A DNA stretch of 64,000 nucleotides, from NCBI GenBank assembly GCA_951406725.2, contig OX597834.1, forward strand, positions 39,742,001 to 39,806,000, in the 5' to 3' direction. A model generated the notes under the pieces. That model was not told the origin of the DNA. It did no database searches and saw nothing but the letters and a program-made list of their open reading frames with translations. Within the stretch, counting starts at the first letter, position 1. The number at the start of each line of letters is the position of its first letter. The translations under genes and the position numbers were made by a program. This DNA is from Octopus vulgaris (lineage: Eukaryota). Positions 40,956-55,261 of this stretch are shown here, in pieces.

Positions 40956-41460
40956 ATGTCAGTATGTGTGTGTATCCGCATCCATATCCGTGTGTATGTG
41001 TTTACATCTGTTTATTTGTATATGTCTGTTTATATACATATGTCTGTCTGTCTGTCTGTCTGTGCAAGTATGCGTGTGAGAGAGTGTATACACACGCATG
41101 TTAGTGTGTGTGTGTGTGTGTGTGTGTATCCACATCCATGGTTGTGTATGTGTCTACATGTGTGTATCTGTATGTCTGTTTATTTGCAGGTGTCTGTCTG
41201 TCTGCCTGTCCACAAGGATGTGTGTGAGAGAGTGTGTACACACGCATGTCAGTATGTGTGTGTGTGTGTGTATCCACATCCATGAGTGTGTATGTGTCTA
41301 CGTCTATGTATCTGTATAAGTGCTTATATACATGTGCCTGTCTGTCTGTCTGTCCACAAGCATGTGTGTGAGAGAGTGCATGTAAAAGCATGTCAGTATG
41401 TGTGTGTGTATTCCACATCCATATGAATGTGCATGTGTCTACATCTGTGTATTTGCATGA
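40950..41460. repeat. About 150-bp tandem units built from TG-rich sequence
   Basis: GCATGTCAGTATGTGTG...TATCCACATCCAT recurs 3-4 times. Confidence 0.8.
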
Positions 41461-41664
41461 CTGCAAGTGTGTGTATATATATATATGTGTGTGTGTGTGT
41501 ATGTGTCACAGAATGAGACCTGGAATTGATTGTCTTCATGACAAAACGGTTTTTTTCTTCCCTACTTTCCCAATATATTCAACGCCAATGACAATTCATT
41601 TAAGCTTTGCAATAAACACAACACTATCACAACCCCTCTCACATAGTCTCTACCTAGCAACACA

Positions 41665-42450
41665 AGGCTGCCAAGGCTCCCTCTTTCATAATATGAACCC
41701 AACAATACAGGGCTACCATCTCTGCTTCCCATTTAGTCTGTACTGAGTAATACAAGGTCACTATAGCTTCCTCTTACATAATCTGTATCCAGAAATAAAG
41801 GGCTACCATAGCTCCCTCTTACATAATCTGTATCTAGAAATACAGGTTTACCATAGCTCCCTCTTACATAATCTGTACCTGGAAATAAAAGGCCACCATA
41901 GCTCCCTCATATACAATTTGCATCTAGTAGTAAATGCCTAGTAATAAAGGGCTGTCATAGCTCCCGCTTACATAGTCATACACATCATCTACAGCTCCCT
42001 ATTACACAATTTGTACCTAGTAATAAATTCCTAGTAATAAAGGGTTACTATAGCTCCCTCTTACATAAACTGAACCTAGTTATACAGATCCACAACAGCT
42101 CCCTAGTACACAATCTGTACCTAGTAATAAAGGGCCACCATAGCACCCTATTGCATAATCCGTTCCTAGTTGTACAGAGCCATAACAGCTCCCTATTATA
42201 TAATCTGTACCTAGTAATAAATGCCTAGTAATAAAGGGCTACTATAGCTCCCTCATTCATAATCTGCATATAGAAAAAAAGGGCCATTATAGCTCCCTCT
42301 AACACAATTTGTACCTAGTAATAAAACGCTACCATAGCTCCATCGAACATAATCTTAGTTGTACAGAGTCACAACAGCTCCCTATTACAAAATCTGTACC
42401 AAGTAATACAGGGCTATAATGGCTCCCTCTTATCCAGTCTATACCTAGGT
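41665..42450. repeat. About 44-bp minisatellite (ATAGCTCCCTCTTACATAATCTGTACCTAGTAATAAAGGGCTACC-like)
   Basis: Recurrent AGCTCCC anchor at about 44-bp spacing. Confidence 0.9.
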
Positions 42451-43173
42451 TTCATAGCAACTCCAAAAATTGATAAAATTTTTTTAAGACAACAATAAGT
42501 TCAATATTTTAGAATTTTTAAAAACTCACAAAATAATCAAATGTGACAAAAATATATATACCTATATATATATATATAGATAGATAGATAGATAGATACT
42601 TTCCATACACGTGTCTGAGTGAGTGCATATATGTCTGAGTGCAGTGTGTGTGTGTAAGTACATTTTTTCCCCCACATATTCAGCAAATATTTTTCCATTA
42701 TAGACATTTAACAAAAAAGAAATCGATCCTGGTTTTTTTTTTTATAATTATTTTTTTCCCCCTCTTCTTGTTTCTTATTCAGAAATATAAGAAAAAAATA
42801 ATAGACGGAGAAAAAAATGCAAAATAAACAAATCCACTGCTTTAAGCTGATAAAATAATCAATCTGCTTCAGGATGTGTTCTGTGTAAGTAATACATTCC
42901 AAGATAATCTGGTAACCGTTCTTAATAGGTAGGTGAATTGAGACACAGTGTTAAGAGAGAGACAGACAGACAGACAGAGAGTGGTGGTGGTGGTGGTGGG
43001 GAGGGAGTATGACCGTGTGGTGAAGAAACTTGCTTCCCAACCATCTGGTCTTTGGTTCAACCTTACTGAGATGCACCTTGGCCAAGGGCCTTCTAAAATA
43101 ACCCTGGACCAACCAAATCCTTATGAATGGGCTTTCATTGGCAGAAACTGGAAGAAACCTATTATGCATATGC

Positions 43174-43217
<44 letters not shown>

Positions 43218-43525
43218 AAACCCCCTTCGGTCATGACTGACTGTGAGATTGCACCTAGAAAGTTACCCTCCCAGGCACAAATCTGGACAAGGTTGTTTAT
43301 AGAAGACCAGCAGTCGCCCATGCATGCTGGCCTCCCTTCTCCATGTCACCGATGTTATCCAAGGGAAAGGTAAAGGTTGATACAGCTTGGCACCTGTGAC
43401 GTCGCAACTCATTTCTACAGCTTAGTGAACTGGAGCAACCTGAAATTAAGTGCCACACAGTGGGACTGAACCCAGAACCATGTGGTTGGTAAGCAAGGTA
43501 CTTATCACACAGCCACTCCTGCACC

Positions 43526-43749
43526 TGTACTGTATATTTTTTATCATTTTTATTATTTGTGTATATTCATTTCATTATAAACGCAAAACAACACTATGGA
43601 GGAATCAACGTAAGCTTAAACAATAAACTGAGACAGGTGAACCATGATTGGTGAACGATGATTAGTGAACCATGATTGGTGAACGATGATTAGTGAACCA
43701 TGATTGGTGAACAATGATTAGTGAACCATGATATGACGAGGGATTACTG
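43526..43749. mobile_element. Tigger/pogo-like MITE, right half, with an internal 14-bp tandem expansion
   Basis: GGAGGAATCAACGTAAGCTTAAA...GAGGGATTACTG|TA matches the other two copies; 7 x RGTGAACVATGATW at 43636-43733. Confidence 0.7.
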
Positions 43750-43817
43750 TAAAATAATATTTTTTATTATAAATGATCTTGACATTTTTTTTTATTTTAC
43801 ATCAAATATTTTTTTTT

Positions 43818-44215
43818 TTTTACTTGTTTCAGTCATTTGACTGCAGCCATGCTGGAGCACCGCCTTTAGTCGAGCAACTCGACCCCAGGACTTATTCTTT
43901 GTAAGCCCCAGTACTTATTCTATCGGTCTCTTTTGCCGAACCGCTAAGTGATGGGGACATAAACACACCAGCATCGGTTGTCAAGCACTGCTAGGGGGAC
44001 AAACACAGACACACAAACACACACGCACACACATATATATATACATATATATGACGGGCTTCTTTCAGTTTCAGTCTACTAAATCCACTCACAAGGCTTT
44101 GGTCAGCCCGAGGCTATAGTAGAAGACACTTGCCCAAGGTGCCAAGCAGTGGGACTGAACCTGGAACCATGTGGTTGGTAAGTAAGCTACTTACCACACA
44201 GCCACTTCTGCGCCT
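43818..44215 (-). mobile_element. SINE-A, full length
   Basis: Complete head-to-tail copy. Confidence 0.88.
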
Positions 44216-45045
44216 ATTCTTTACATTCTGCTGTTGTTTTATTGCCTTTTCTTTATAAGTATTATAAATTTTACAGGTAAAATATTTTTTCTGGGAACGG
44301 ATTACGATATATATCATTACTACTATGGGAAACTTTTGCCCTGCTTTACGAGTTTTCACTTTAAGAGTGACCTCCAAGAATAAATTAACTCATATATGGA
44401 GAGGCTTTATTGTATCTGGCTTGTAAACCCTGACATGTTATGCATACATGCTGTATGACAACTGAAGAAGCATTAACAATGAACAGTTCATGTCAGCAGG
44501 TGAGATTTGAACTTGGGTCATGGGGGAGATGAGAGCTGAAATTTAATCAGATTATCACTTCTGTCAACCAATTTTTACTTCTTTTGTCCTTTTTCATCTT
44601 TTTTGTTTTTTGTTTTTTTTTTGTTTTTTTGTTTTTTTGTTTTTTTAAGAATTGGGAGAAAGGGGTTGTGATGAATTCCAAATATTTCTGACTTAACGGC
44701 AAATGAAATAATTTTTTGGATTACAAACATTAACAAAATCAATTTTTGATAAGGAGATGGGAGGGGGGGGTAGTGGGGAAGATGGAGACAGATAGATAGA
44801 GGTGATAGAGAGAGAGAGAAAGAGAAGCAGAGAGACAAAGAGAGATACAAAGGAAAATAGAGAGAGAGAAACTGAGAGAGAGACACAAACAAACAAAGAA
44901 GATGAGAAAGAAAGAAACAGAGAGACAGACAAAGAGAGGCAGAGAGAGAAAATGATAGATAGACAAAGATGAGAGAGAAAGAAATAGATATAGTGAGACA
45001 AAGAGAGAGACATACACATAGAGATAGAAAAGATGAGAGATAGAT

Positions 45046-45131
<86 letters not shown>

Positions 45132-45592
45132 TTAGCTGCTAATGAGTGAAATTAATGCAGTAAAGAAAAATACCATTTCAGAAGAAATTGACTCTTGAAA
45201 TACTGAAGAATCTGTAGATTGTCTCTTTAGAATTGATTAGAATATGACATTGATTGTCTCTGACAAACAGACACCACCATCTCTCTCTCTCTCTCTCTCT
45301 CTCTCGCTTCCTCCACCCCACCCCACTCCAATTCCCATCCTACACTATCCTTCTTCTCCTTTCTCTCTCTCTCTCTCTTTCTGTCCTTCTCCCCCCTCTT
45401 TTGCTAATTGTCTCGTTGGTCTTGTAAATTATCACAGATCATGCACACGTGACCATTACTAACTAGATGGCCAGGTTTCAAATGTAAACAAGGAAGAAGA
45501 GGAAGAAGAGAAAGAAGAAGAAGAAGAAGGTAAAGAAGAACAAGAAGCAGAAGAAAGATAATAATAATAATAATAATTATAATAATAATAAT

Positions 45593-45625
<33 letters not shown>

Positions 45626-46519
45626 AAGAAAAAGAAGAAGACGAAGGAGAACAACAACAACAACAACAGCAGCAACAACAAGCAGAAGAAGAAGAAGAAG
45701 AAGAAGAAGAAGAAGAAGAAGAAGAAGAAGAAGAAGAAGAAGAAGAAGAAGAAGAAGACTCCCCCCTTTGTGATTACTAATCCAGCTGCTTCACCCCTAG
45801 TGTTGTCTCTGTGTCATCCAATACAGAAAGAACTGGGGCACCGGGGAGCTGGAGGCACACAGCAAATGAAATGAGAGACACAGAAAGAAAAAAAAGAACT
45901 AAAGAAAGAGGGTGACAGACTTCTTTGAGATTCTCTGCCCTGGAAATGTTTCTCTCACCTAATTGTAAAGTTGTTGTTGTTGTCATTGTGAGAGGAATTA
46001 AAACAAAGTTTGTTAATTATTAATTAACAATCATCTTCGTTTTGTCTCTCCTTGTTTGTCCAACACACACACACACACTTATACACATATACACATATAA
46101 CTGCACACACACACTTATACACATATACACACACACACACACACGCACATTCGTACATGCACGCACAAAAACGCACACACTCATACACGTACAGGCATAC
46201 ACAGTTACACACACACACACACTCATTAACACACACATACATTGGTACACATACACACACACTCACACACACATACACACTGTTACACAAATCACTTTCT
46301 GACATACACACATTCATTCGCACATACTCTTTAACGCACACATACATTTGTACACACATTCATACACACACACACTCATGGACTCACTCTCTCACACACA
46401 CACACACACACACCAATCATAAATTCAACATCATACAAAATAGATTCTCCTCCCACCACCACCACCACCACCATTGGTTGTCAAGCAGAGGTGTGAGGAC
46501 AAACAGACAGCCACACATA

Positions 46520-46740
46520 CAGTAATCCCTTGACTATTGCGGGTGTTACGTTCCACCCCACCACAATAGGTGAAAATCCATAAAGTAGAAACAGTACTGT
46601 ACAATATATTTTTAAAATTATTTTTATAATTTTCTATATATTTATTTTTAAATAAATGCAAAACAACACCACAAGGGAATCGATGTAAGCTTAACTAATA
46701 AACAGCGATAGGTGAACTGTGATATGGCGAGGGATTGCTG
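46520..46740. mobile_element. Tigger/pogo-like MITE, copy 1
   Basis: TA|CAGTAATCCCT...AGGGATTGCTG|TA: CAGT-starting TIRs with a TA target duplication. Confidence 0.8.
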
Positions 46741-46785
<45 letters not shown>

Positions 46786-46892
46786 GTAAGTAGCTTGCTA
46801 ACCAACCACATGGTTCCAGGTTCAGTCCCACTGCGTGGCATCTTGGGCAAGTGTCTTCTGCTATAGCCTCGGGCCGACCAATGGATTTGGTA

Positions 46893-46939
<47 letters not shown>

Positions 46940-48606
46940 TTGTGTGTCTGCTGTGTTTGTCCCCCTAGCATTGCTTGACAATATATATATATATATATAC
47001 TAGAAAATAATATATAGCATTAAGAAGGGCATCCAGCTGTAGAAACACTGCCAGATCAGACTGGAGCCTGGTGCAGCCTTCTGGCTTCCCACATCCTGGT
47101 CGAACAGTCCAACCCACGTTTGCATGGAAAACAGACGTTAAACGATGATGATGATGATGATATATCTACAATTAGCTTCTTTCAGTTTCCTTCTACCAGT
47201 TCACTCACAAAGCTTTGTGCAAGCGTGTAAGTATAGGCTTAAGTGTATGTGTATATGTATGTATTCACATTCATATACACATACCGAACAGACCATCTTT
47301 TGGTGAGTAACCTATTTCTCCCTGTACATGATATCACATCTCTTTTACAGTGAGTTAAATCTGAGCTTCTACGTTTCTCATTTACTTTTCAATTTTAACT
47401 TCACTAATTCAACTTAATTTATATAAAGAACAGACAGATGCGATAACAAATGCCAGTAATTATTATACTATTGACCAATCTACATAGTTTTAATTCAACT
47501 TTGCAAATTTAAATTAATTGATATAAGTAAGAATGATAAAGATGGATGTGATAACGGGTGTGAAATCATTAAACTATTGGCCTGGCTAATATATTAATTA
47601 ATCAGTAAATTTTCACCTTGACTGCTAACGAACTTCTGTCTTTTGGTCAACACTGTATCATCATCATCATCATCATTTAATGTCTCTTTTCCATGCTAGC
47701 ATGGGTTGGACGGTTTGACCGGGGTCTGGGAAGCCAGGAGGCTGCACCAGGCTCCAGTCAGATCTGGCAGTGTTTCTACAGCTGGATGCCCTTCCTAACA
47801 CCAACCACTCCGTGAGTGTAGTGGGTGCTTTTTACGTGCCACCGGCATGGAAGCCAGTCGAGGCTTCCGTGCCTGTGTATAGCAACAATAATTTAATCAA
47901 TCTTTAGTCTTTTATTTGTTCAATCATTGGACTGTGGCCAAGCTGGGGCAGCACTTTGCAGAGCATTTAGTCAGAAAAAAAAAGGACCTGGGTTTAGAAA
48001 GTCAAGTAATGAGGGTGGGTGGGTTCAATTTGTTTATCTTAAAACCCTTAAAGCCCCGGAGATGAAGCAGAAAAAACACTTTTGTTATGATGTCCATACC
48101 ACTGGAATTGAACCTGAAACCACATGGTTGCAAAGCGAGCCTCTTAACCACACAGCTGTGCCTACAACTAAGTCAAAAGGAGCAGGGTGGTGGTAGAGGA
48201 GAGCAGGTAGGAAATTACCCCCCTCCCATTGTTTAAAATTAATCTACATGTAGTTACAGTAGCAGAAATATCACCATATCTCAGACCAACTGATTAAATT
48301 TCCCCCTCCTCTGCCTTCTACCCAAATCCAGCATCTCTCTCTCTCTCTCTCTCTCTCTCCCTGTTTCTGTTTTTTTTTTATTTTTTACACTTTGTTTGTT
48401 TTTCTCCTCTGGACCCTCCATCACCACACCCCCCACTGTCTCTTCTTTGTTTCAGTCCCTTCTGCTCCCCCCCCCCCCGCCGCAGCACCCCTACTCCACC
48501 CAGAAGTGGGCATAAAACAACTGTGTTTACCCAACAACTTTTTACACACCTCACAAGACATCCTGACAACCAGGGATAAAAACCCTAGCAGGACACTCAA
48601 CCTCTC

Positions 48607-48644
<38 letters not shown>

Positions 48645-49171
48645 CTTTCTCTTTCGTTCTCTCTCACACTCTCTTCATCTCTCGTCCTCTCTTTCTCTCG
48701 CTCACTCTCTTCATCTCTCATTCTCTCTCTCTGTGTTTCCTCTCTCTCCCACCATCTCTCTCACTCTCTTATTTTCTCTCCCTTTCTCTTTCTTCATCTT
48801 TCCCTTGTTCTCTCACTCACTCTCTCTCTCTCTTCATCTCTTGTTCTCTCACTCTCTATCGCTCTTCATCTCTCCCTTGTTCTCCCACTCTCTCCATGTG
48901 TCATACTTCCAGAAAAAGAATAGTTATTTTAAAAGTCTTATCTTCCCCCCAACCTCACCCCTAACCAAGCTCAGTAAACAAAAACAAAAACAAAACAACA
49001 AAAAAACAAAAATAGAAACAGGAAGAGACAGTCAGGGGAGGGATCAATAGATCAATATATATAGTACACAGCTCCTTAATACTTTGTGTAAATAAGGGCC
49101 CTGCTTTATTTAGCATCCACGTTCCTTATGATCCCTATATGCAGCAAGTTAATCTCTCTAATTATCTAGCT

Positions 49172-49425
49172 TCTACTTGCTTCTGTCATTGGACTGTGGC
49201 CATGCTGGGGCACTGCCATGAAGGGTTAAGCTGAACAAACTGACCCCAATTTGTATTTTTTTTTTTAAAACTGGTATTTATTTTATTGGTCGCTTTTGTC
49301 CCTTGATGAAGAAATATGTTATGGGGATATAAACAGACCCCAACACCAATGGGCAAACAGGGGCAGTGCAGACACAAACACACACAAAGACGTACAATTA
49401 CCACTAACACTGCCACCATATATAC

Positions 49426-49456
<31 letters not shown>

Positions 49457-49652
49457 TATATATACATATAATAGGCGCACGAGTGGCTGTGTGGTAAGAA
49501 GCTTGCTTCCCAACTGCATGGTTCCGGGTTCAGTCCCACTGCATGGCATCTTGGGCATGAGTCTTCTGGTATAGCCTTCAGCCAACCAAAGCCTTGTGAG
49601 TGGATTTGGTAGACGGAGACTGAAAGAAGCCTGTCGTGTATATATCTGTCTG

Positions 49653-49689
<37 letters not shown>

Positions 49690-50090
49690 ATATATATATA
49701 TATATATATATATGCATGTATATGTATATGTATGTGTGCATTTGTTATTTGTATCTGTTTGCACACCCCCATCATTGCTTGACAACCGATGTTGGTGTGT
49801 TTATGTCTTTGTCACTTAGTAGTTCAGTGAAAGAGTGCAATAGAATAAGTACTAGGCCTACAAAGAATAAGTCCTGGGGTTGATTTGTTCAACTAAAGGC
49901 AGTGCTCCAGCACGGCCACAGTCAAATGACTGAAACAAGTAAAAGAATATATATATATATATACATACACAGAGACACATATATCTTTTATTTTTTACTT
50001 GCTTCAGTCATTAAACTGTGGCCATGCTGGGGCACCACCATCAAGAGTTTAATCAAACAAATCTACCCTAGCACTTATTCCAAAGCATAG
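49172..50090. mobile_element. SINE-A cluster: minus tail (49172-49390), full plus copy (49474-49947), minus tail (49992-50090)
   Basis: Alternating orientations of the same diagnostic blocks. Confidence 0.8.
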
Positions 50091-50250
50091 TATAATATTA
50101 TTGTCACCACGTTCTGAGTTCAAATTCCACCGAGGTCGAATTTACCTTTCATCCTTTCAGGGTTGATAAATTAAATACTAGTACTGGGGCCAATATAATT
50201 GACTTAACCCCTCTCCCAAAATTTCAGGCCTTGTGCCTATAGCAGAAAGG

Positions 50251-50297
<47 letters not shown>

Positions 50298-50319
50298 GCT
50301 TAGGACAAGTTCTGAGCAT

Positions 50320-50595
50320 ACACCTGTGAAAAATTAAAGGAGAAGGGCTCTTGCCCTGTTGATCAGGCACCCATAGCTTTTGAGGGTTTTTCCACAAGGA
50401 CCTTTAAAGCACCTTCCCTACAGGGTGTTTTACGTTGTTTAATCTTAATTATTATTTATTGTTTACATGAGAAAAACCCTTTGTCTCGTCTTGTGTTGTC
50501 TTTTATGTTGTTGTATGTCCTTTAATGTTGCTTTACGTAGGCCCTTGGGTCTAATAAAAGAATTTATTATTATTATTATTATCATTATTATTTTA
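50320..50595 (+). mobile_element. Probable LINE 3'-end fragment
   Basis: T-rich UTR-like sequence ending AATAAAAGAATT(TTA)n; no ORF is visible. Confidence 0.35.
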
Positions 50596-50597
50596 TT

Positions 50598-50902
50598 TAT
50601 GCACCCTTTCCAAGCCTAGCCAGGCTCATGGACCCGGTTTCCCAGTTTCTGTGGCATATGTGTTCCCCCCAGCTGGACGGGACACCAGTCCATCGTAGCG
50701 TTACTCAAGAAACAGGAAGAGAGAGTGAGAGAAAGTTGGGGTGAAAAAGTACAACAGGGGTCGCCACCACCCCCTGCCGGAGCCTCATGGAGTTTTAGGT
50801 GTTTGCACTCAATAAACACACACAACGCCCAGTCTGGGAATCGAAACTGCGATCCTCTGACTGCGAGTCCACTGCTCTAACCACTGGGCCATTTCACCTC
50901 CA

Positions 50903-50903
<1 letters not shown>
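50598..50903 (-). mobile_element. SINE-D, full length, between (TTA)n tracts; related subfamily at 40070-40350 (-)
   Basis: Same head as 13167; tail GATGGACTGGTGTCCCGTCCAG...GAAACTGGGAAACCGGG. Confidence 0.82.
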
Positions 50904-50959
<56 letters not shown>

Positions 50960-52109
50960 CTAGCTCAGTCTATGATGGAAGGGCAACAGTAGCTCTGACC
51001 TTTTGATAGGGCCTCTGAGACTGGCAGAAGAATCTAGCAGCAAACTGGACTCTGATGACAGATTAACAATTAAATTCTCTCACCACCCCTACCACCATCT
51101 TTCCAATTTAGCAAAAGAATATTTATTTATTTGTTTTCTTTATTTACTTATCTGATAACTATTCGCCATCCAGCCCCTGGTTAATTGTGGAATCTGACCC
51201 TTGAAATCACTCAGGCATTCAATCCATCCAACCTCTGGATTTCCTGTTCAAATTTATGGCAAATAATGAAGACAATGCCAGCTCGTGCCAGGCTGGTGTC
51301 CCTTTGCATTGTCTGCACGTGCGTGGGTGGGGGGGGAGGCAGTGGGGAGGAAGGAAGTGGTGTGTGATTATATATAAATAGGGAGACATACATACATACA
51401 TATATACACACACATACATCTATACACACACACACATATATATATACACATATGCATACATGCACATACATATATGCATACCTTCATATAAATGTATATA
51501 TACATACATACATATGTATATATATATATACACACACACATATATATATACATACACATATGCATACATACACATACATATATGCATACCTGCATATAAA
51601 TGTATATATACATACATATGTATATATATATACACACACATATATATATATACACACATGCATATATATACAAGCATGCATACATACATACAACATATGT
51701 GTGTGTGCATATGTATGCATATGTACATATGCATACATACACACACACATATGTTGTATGTATGTATGCATGCATGTGTATATGTATATGCATTGTATGC
51801 GTGTCTATATATGTGTGTATATATATACATATGTATACATATATATGTGTGTATATATATATATATATATACATATGTATGTATATATACATATATGTAT
51901 ATATGCACACATATATGCATATATGTGTGCATACACATGCACACACAACCTTCCTCACATGACATGGTGTCCTGTGAGAATAGAGAAAATCTGTTTACAT
52001 TCTCATTTCCCACTCAGTACAGTTTCCATTGGGATTACAATCACCATAGCAAACACCACCAGCACCTCACATCACTTCATAATTGCAACCATTAACGCAA
52101 TCTCTGATA

Positions 52110-52770
52110 CACAACACTGCAACCATGACCACCGCCACACAACACCACAATCATCGTGACTACCACCACCGAGTCACAACAACTCAATTATCAACACTAA
52201 CACTACTGCCTAACAACTACACTTTTACTACCACTGTCACAACCAACTCACAACAGTACTATTATCAATACTATTGTCACAACCTCACAACAGCACAATT
52301 ACCAACATTAACACTATTGCCTAACAGCGGCACATTTCCCACCACTGCTAGCACTACCATACCACAACAGCACAATTATCACCACTACCACAGTCAACTC
52401 ACAACAGTATTATTACCACCATTGCAACCATCATCTCACAACAGCACAATTATTACTACCATCACAACCAACTCACAACAGTACTATTACCACCACTAAC
52501 ACAACAACCTCACAACAGCACAATTACTAACATTAATACTATTGCCTAACAACGGCACATTTCCCACCACTGCTACCACCATCTCACAACAGCACAATTA
52601 TTACTACTATCACCATCACAACTTCATCACAGCACAATTACCAACACAACCTCACAATAGCACAATTGTCAACACCCTCATAATCTCACAACAGTACACT
52701 CGCTACTACCACCACCACCACCACCTCACAACCATACAATTACCACTAACACCACCACCATGACCATCAA
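52110..52770. repeat. C/A-rich degenerate minisatellite (CTCACAACAGCACAATTA)
   Basis: Recurrent motif; the Thr/Gln-rich ORFs here are by-products. Confidence 0.8.
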
Positions 52771-53227
52771 CACACACTGGCCTTCAAGTTGCCATCAGCA
52801 TCACATCTAACCACTACCACCACCACCACCAATACCACCATGACCATCACACCTAACAATCCACCACCACCACCACCACCACTACTACTACCACTACTAC
52901 TACTAAGACTATTGCTGATCTAATCAGCTGTTACCTCCCTTTCTTCCCACTTTCTCTCCACCATTATCACTTCACCCTCTACCCACCACAACCAACCCAT
53001 GTCTTCTCAGTAGTCAACAGAAACCTATTGTCCCCACCCAGCTGATCAACCCCCACTCCTCCCCTCCCTCCCTTCCTAGACACAGCTAACAGTAGCCTCA
53101 TTCCTCTTCACCTCCTCCTCCTACCTCTCCTCTTTCTCCTATTGTTGAACTAAAAGATCCCCAGGAAAGTCATCACAATACCAAATGAGCAAAGAAACAC
53201 ACAGTGTGTGTATGTCCATACCTATCA

Positions 53228-53299
<72 letters not shown>

Positions 53300-53548
53300 G
53301 TATATCTCTTTTACTTATTTCAATCATGAGACTGTGGCCATGCTGGGGCTTGCCTTGCAGAGTTTTATACATAGTATACTATATATACATACTTATATAT
53401 ATATATATATATATATTAATAAAAAGAATTCCAACCTTGTCTGATTTTCACGTTTTATTTACAATCTTATAATGATATATTATAAGATAATATATTATAA
53501 TTGAATAAAATAAAATGAAATAGTAGAATGTTAAATATTCATTCTGAT

Positions 53549-53593
53549 TGAACTAGTACTTTCATGCATTGAATTCTGCAATCTTCGGGTTCA
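53549..53593 (-). ncRNA. Minimal hammerhead motif with a U4C change
   Basis: UGAAC-CCGAAGA-UUGCA(gaauucaa)UGCAU-GAAA-GUAC-UA-GUUCA; palindrome AGUACU. Confidence 0.65.
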
Positions 53594-53837
53594 TGTAGTA
53601 GTGTTGACAGTCATGCTTCACATATAGTACACTGTGTGTGTGTGTGTGTATATATACATAGTATACTTTGTGTATGTGTGTGTGTGTGTATAAATATACA
53701 TATGTATGTATATCTATATAATACATATAGTAGATGGTAGTGGTGATGGTAGTAGCAGTGGTGGTGGTGGTGGTTGCAGTAGTAGTGGTGATGGTGGTAG
53801 TGGTGGTGGTGGTGGTGGTGGTAGTAGCAGCAGCAGC

Positions 53838-53886
<49 letters not shown>

Positions 53887-53889
53887 AAC

Positions 53890-54237
53890 TGTCAGTGAGA
53901 AGGTGTTCCTGGACTGTCATAAGTTAATTACCGGAGACTTAAACAGCTCACGTGTGTTTTGTTTGGAGACAATCCATAAAAGAAATGCATACAAGCAGAA
54001 AGAGCTCCTTTTACTGATACACATGGTAAAGGCATACACACCACAACATCACCACTGACTCAGCTGCATCTCCATGTTGTATGAATCTGTATTTCATATC
54101 GAGAAAAGAAGATTCTCAGAAATGGGAGAACAGCCGAGTAGAAGATCTGAATTCTAACAAAGAGATAAATATTGATGAAGATGTTTGTCTCAAGAAATGG
54201 TGAAGGATTCTGCATTTCTGTTAACTAATAAGAAATG
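53890..54237 (+). other. Candidate first or upstream exon ending at a strong donor
   Basis: Unique non-repetitive island ending AAATG|GTAAGT; ATG at 54197 (aagaaATGG). The 5' boundary is unknown. Confidence 0.35.
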
Positions 54238-54249
54238 GTAAGTATGGAC

Positions 54250-54980
54250 CGTTGAACTGCCTAGCAACAGTGATGCTAGAGAGCTGAACTGCCTAGCAAC
54301 AGAGACTACAGGCTGCTAGATTGCCTAGCAACAATGAATATGGACCACTCAGCAACAGTGACTACATACACTACCTAGCAAGAGTAACTATGGACTGACT
54401 GCTTAGCAACAGTAACTATAGACTTGTGGGTTTACATAGCAACAATAAGTATAGACTGATATGCTTACCTAGCAACAGTAACTTGCTAGAACAATGAATA
54501 TGGACTGCTTAGCAACAGTGACTACATACACTATCTAACAGGAGTAACTATGGACTGACTGCTTAGCAACAGAAACTATGGACTGATGGACCATCTAGCA
54601 ACAGTAACTAAGGGCTCATGGACTACCCCACAACAGTAACTATGGACTGATGATCTAGCTAGCAACAGTAACTATAGACTTGTAGGTTACGTAGCAACAG
54701 TAACTATAGACACATGAGCTATCAAGCAATAGAAATTATGAACTGATGGACCACCTAAACCACCTAGCAACAGTAACTAAGGACTGATGGATGGCTTAGC
54801 AACAGAAACAATAGGATGGTAGACTACCTAGCAACAGAAACAGTAGACTAACAGGCAACATAGCAACAGTAACTATAGACTGATGTCCTACATAGCAACA
54901 GTAACTAAACACACGTTGCTACCAAGTGACTGTCACTATGGCTACAGACTGATATACTATCTAGCAACAGTAACTATACA
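54250..54980. repeat. About 32-bp minisatellite with a conserved TAGCAACAGTAACTA core
   Basis: About 17 TAGCAAC occurrences. Confidence 0.9.
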
Positions 54981-55228
54981 CAACAAAATGGACTCTGAGC
55001 CAACTGCGGTCCCTGTAGCATTACCCCACCTCCTCCTCCCACCATATATCACTATGTGTATTCTTGTTGGGGGAGAGAAAGAGAGAGATTAGGCACAGAC
55101 AAACGTTTATTGTTGACAAAGTTACGTTGTGATCACATGACATTTCATCTACACACATAACATCATCTTATCAGATGTTGTGGATGTAGTATGGCCATGT
55201 CTCTTGTGTACACATACATGTGTCTATG

Positions 55229-55261
<33 letters not shown>

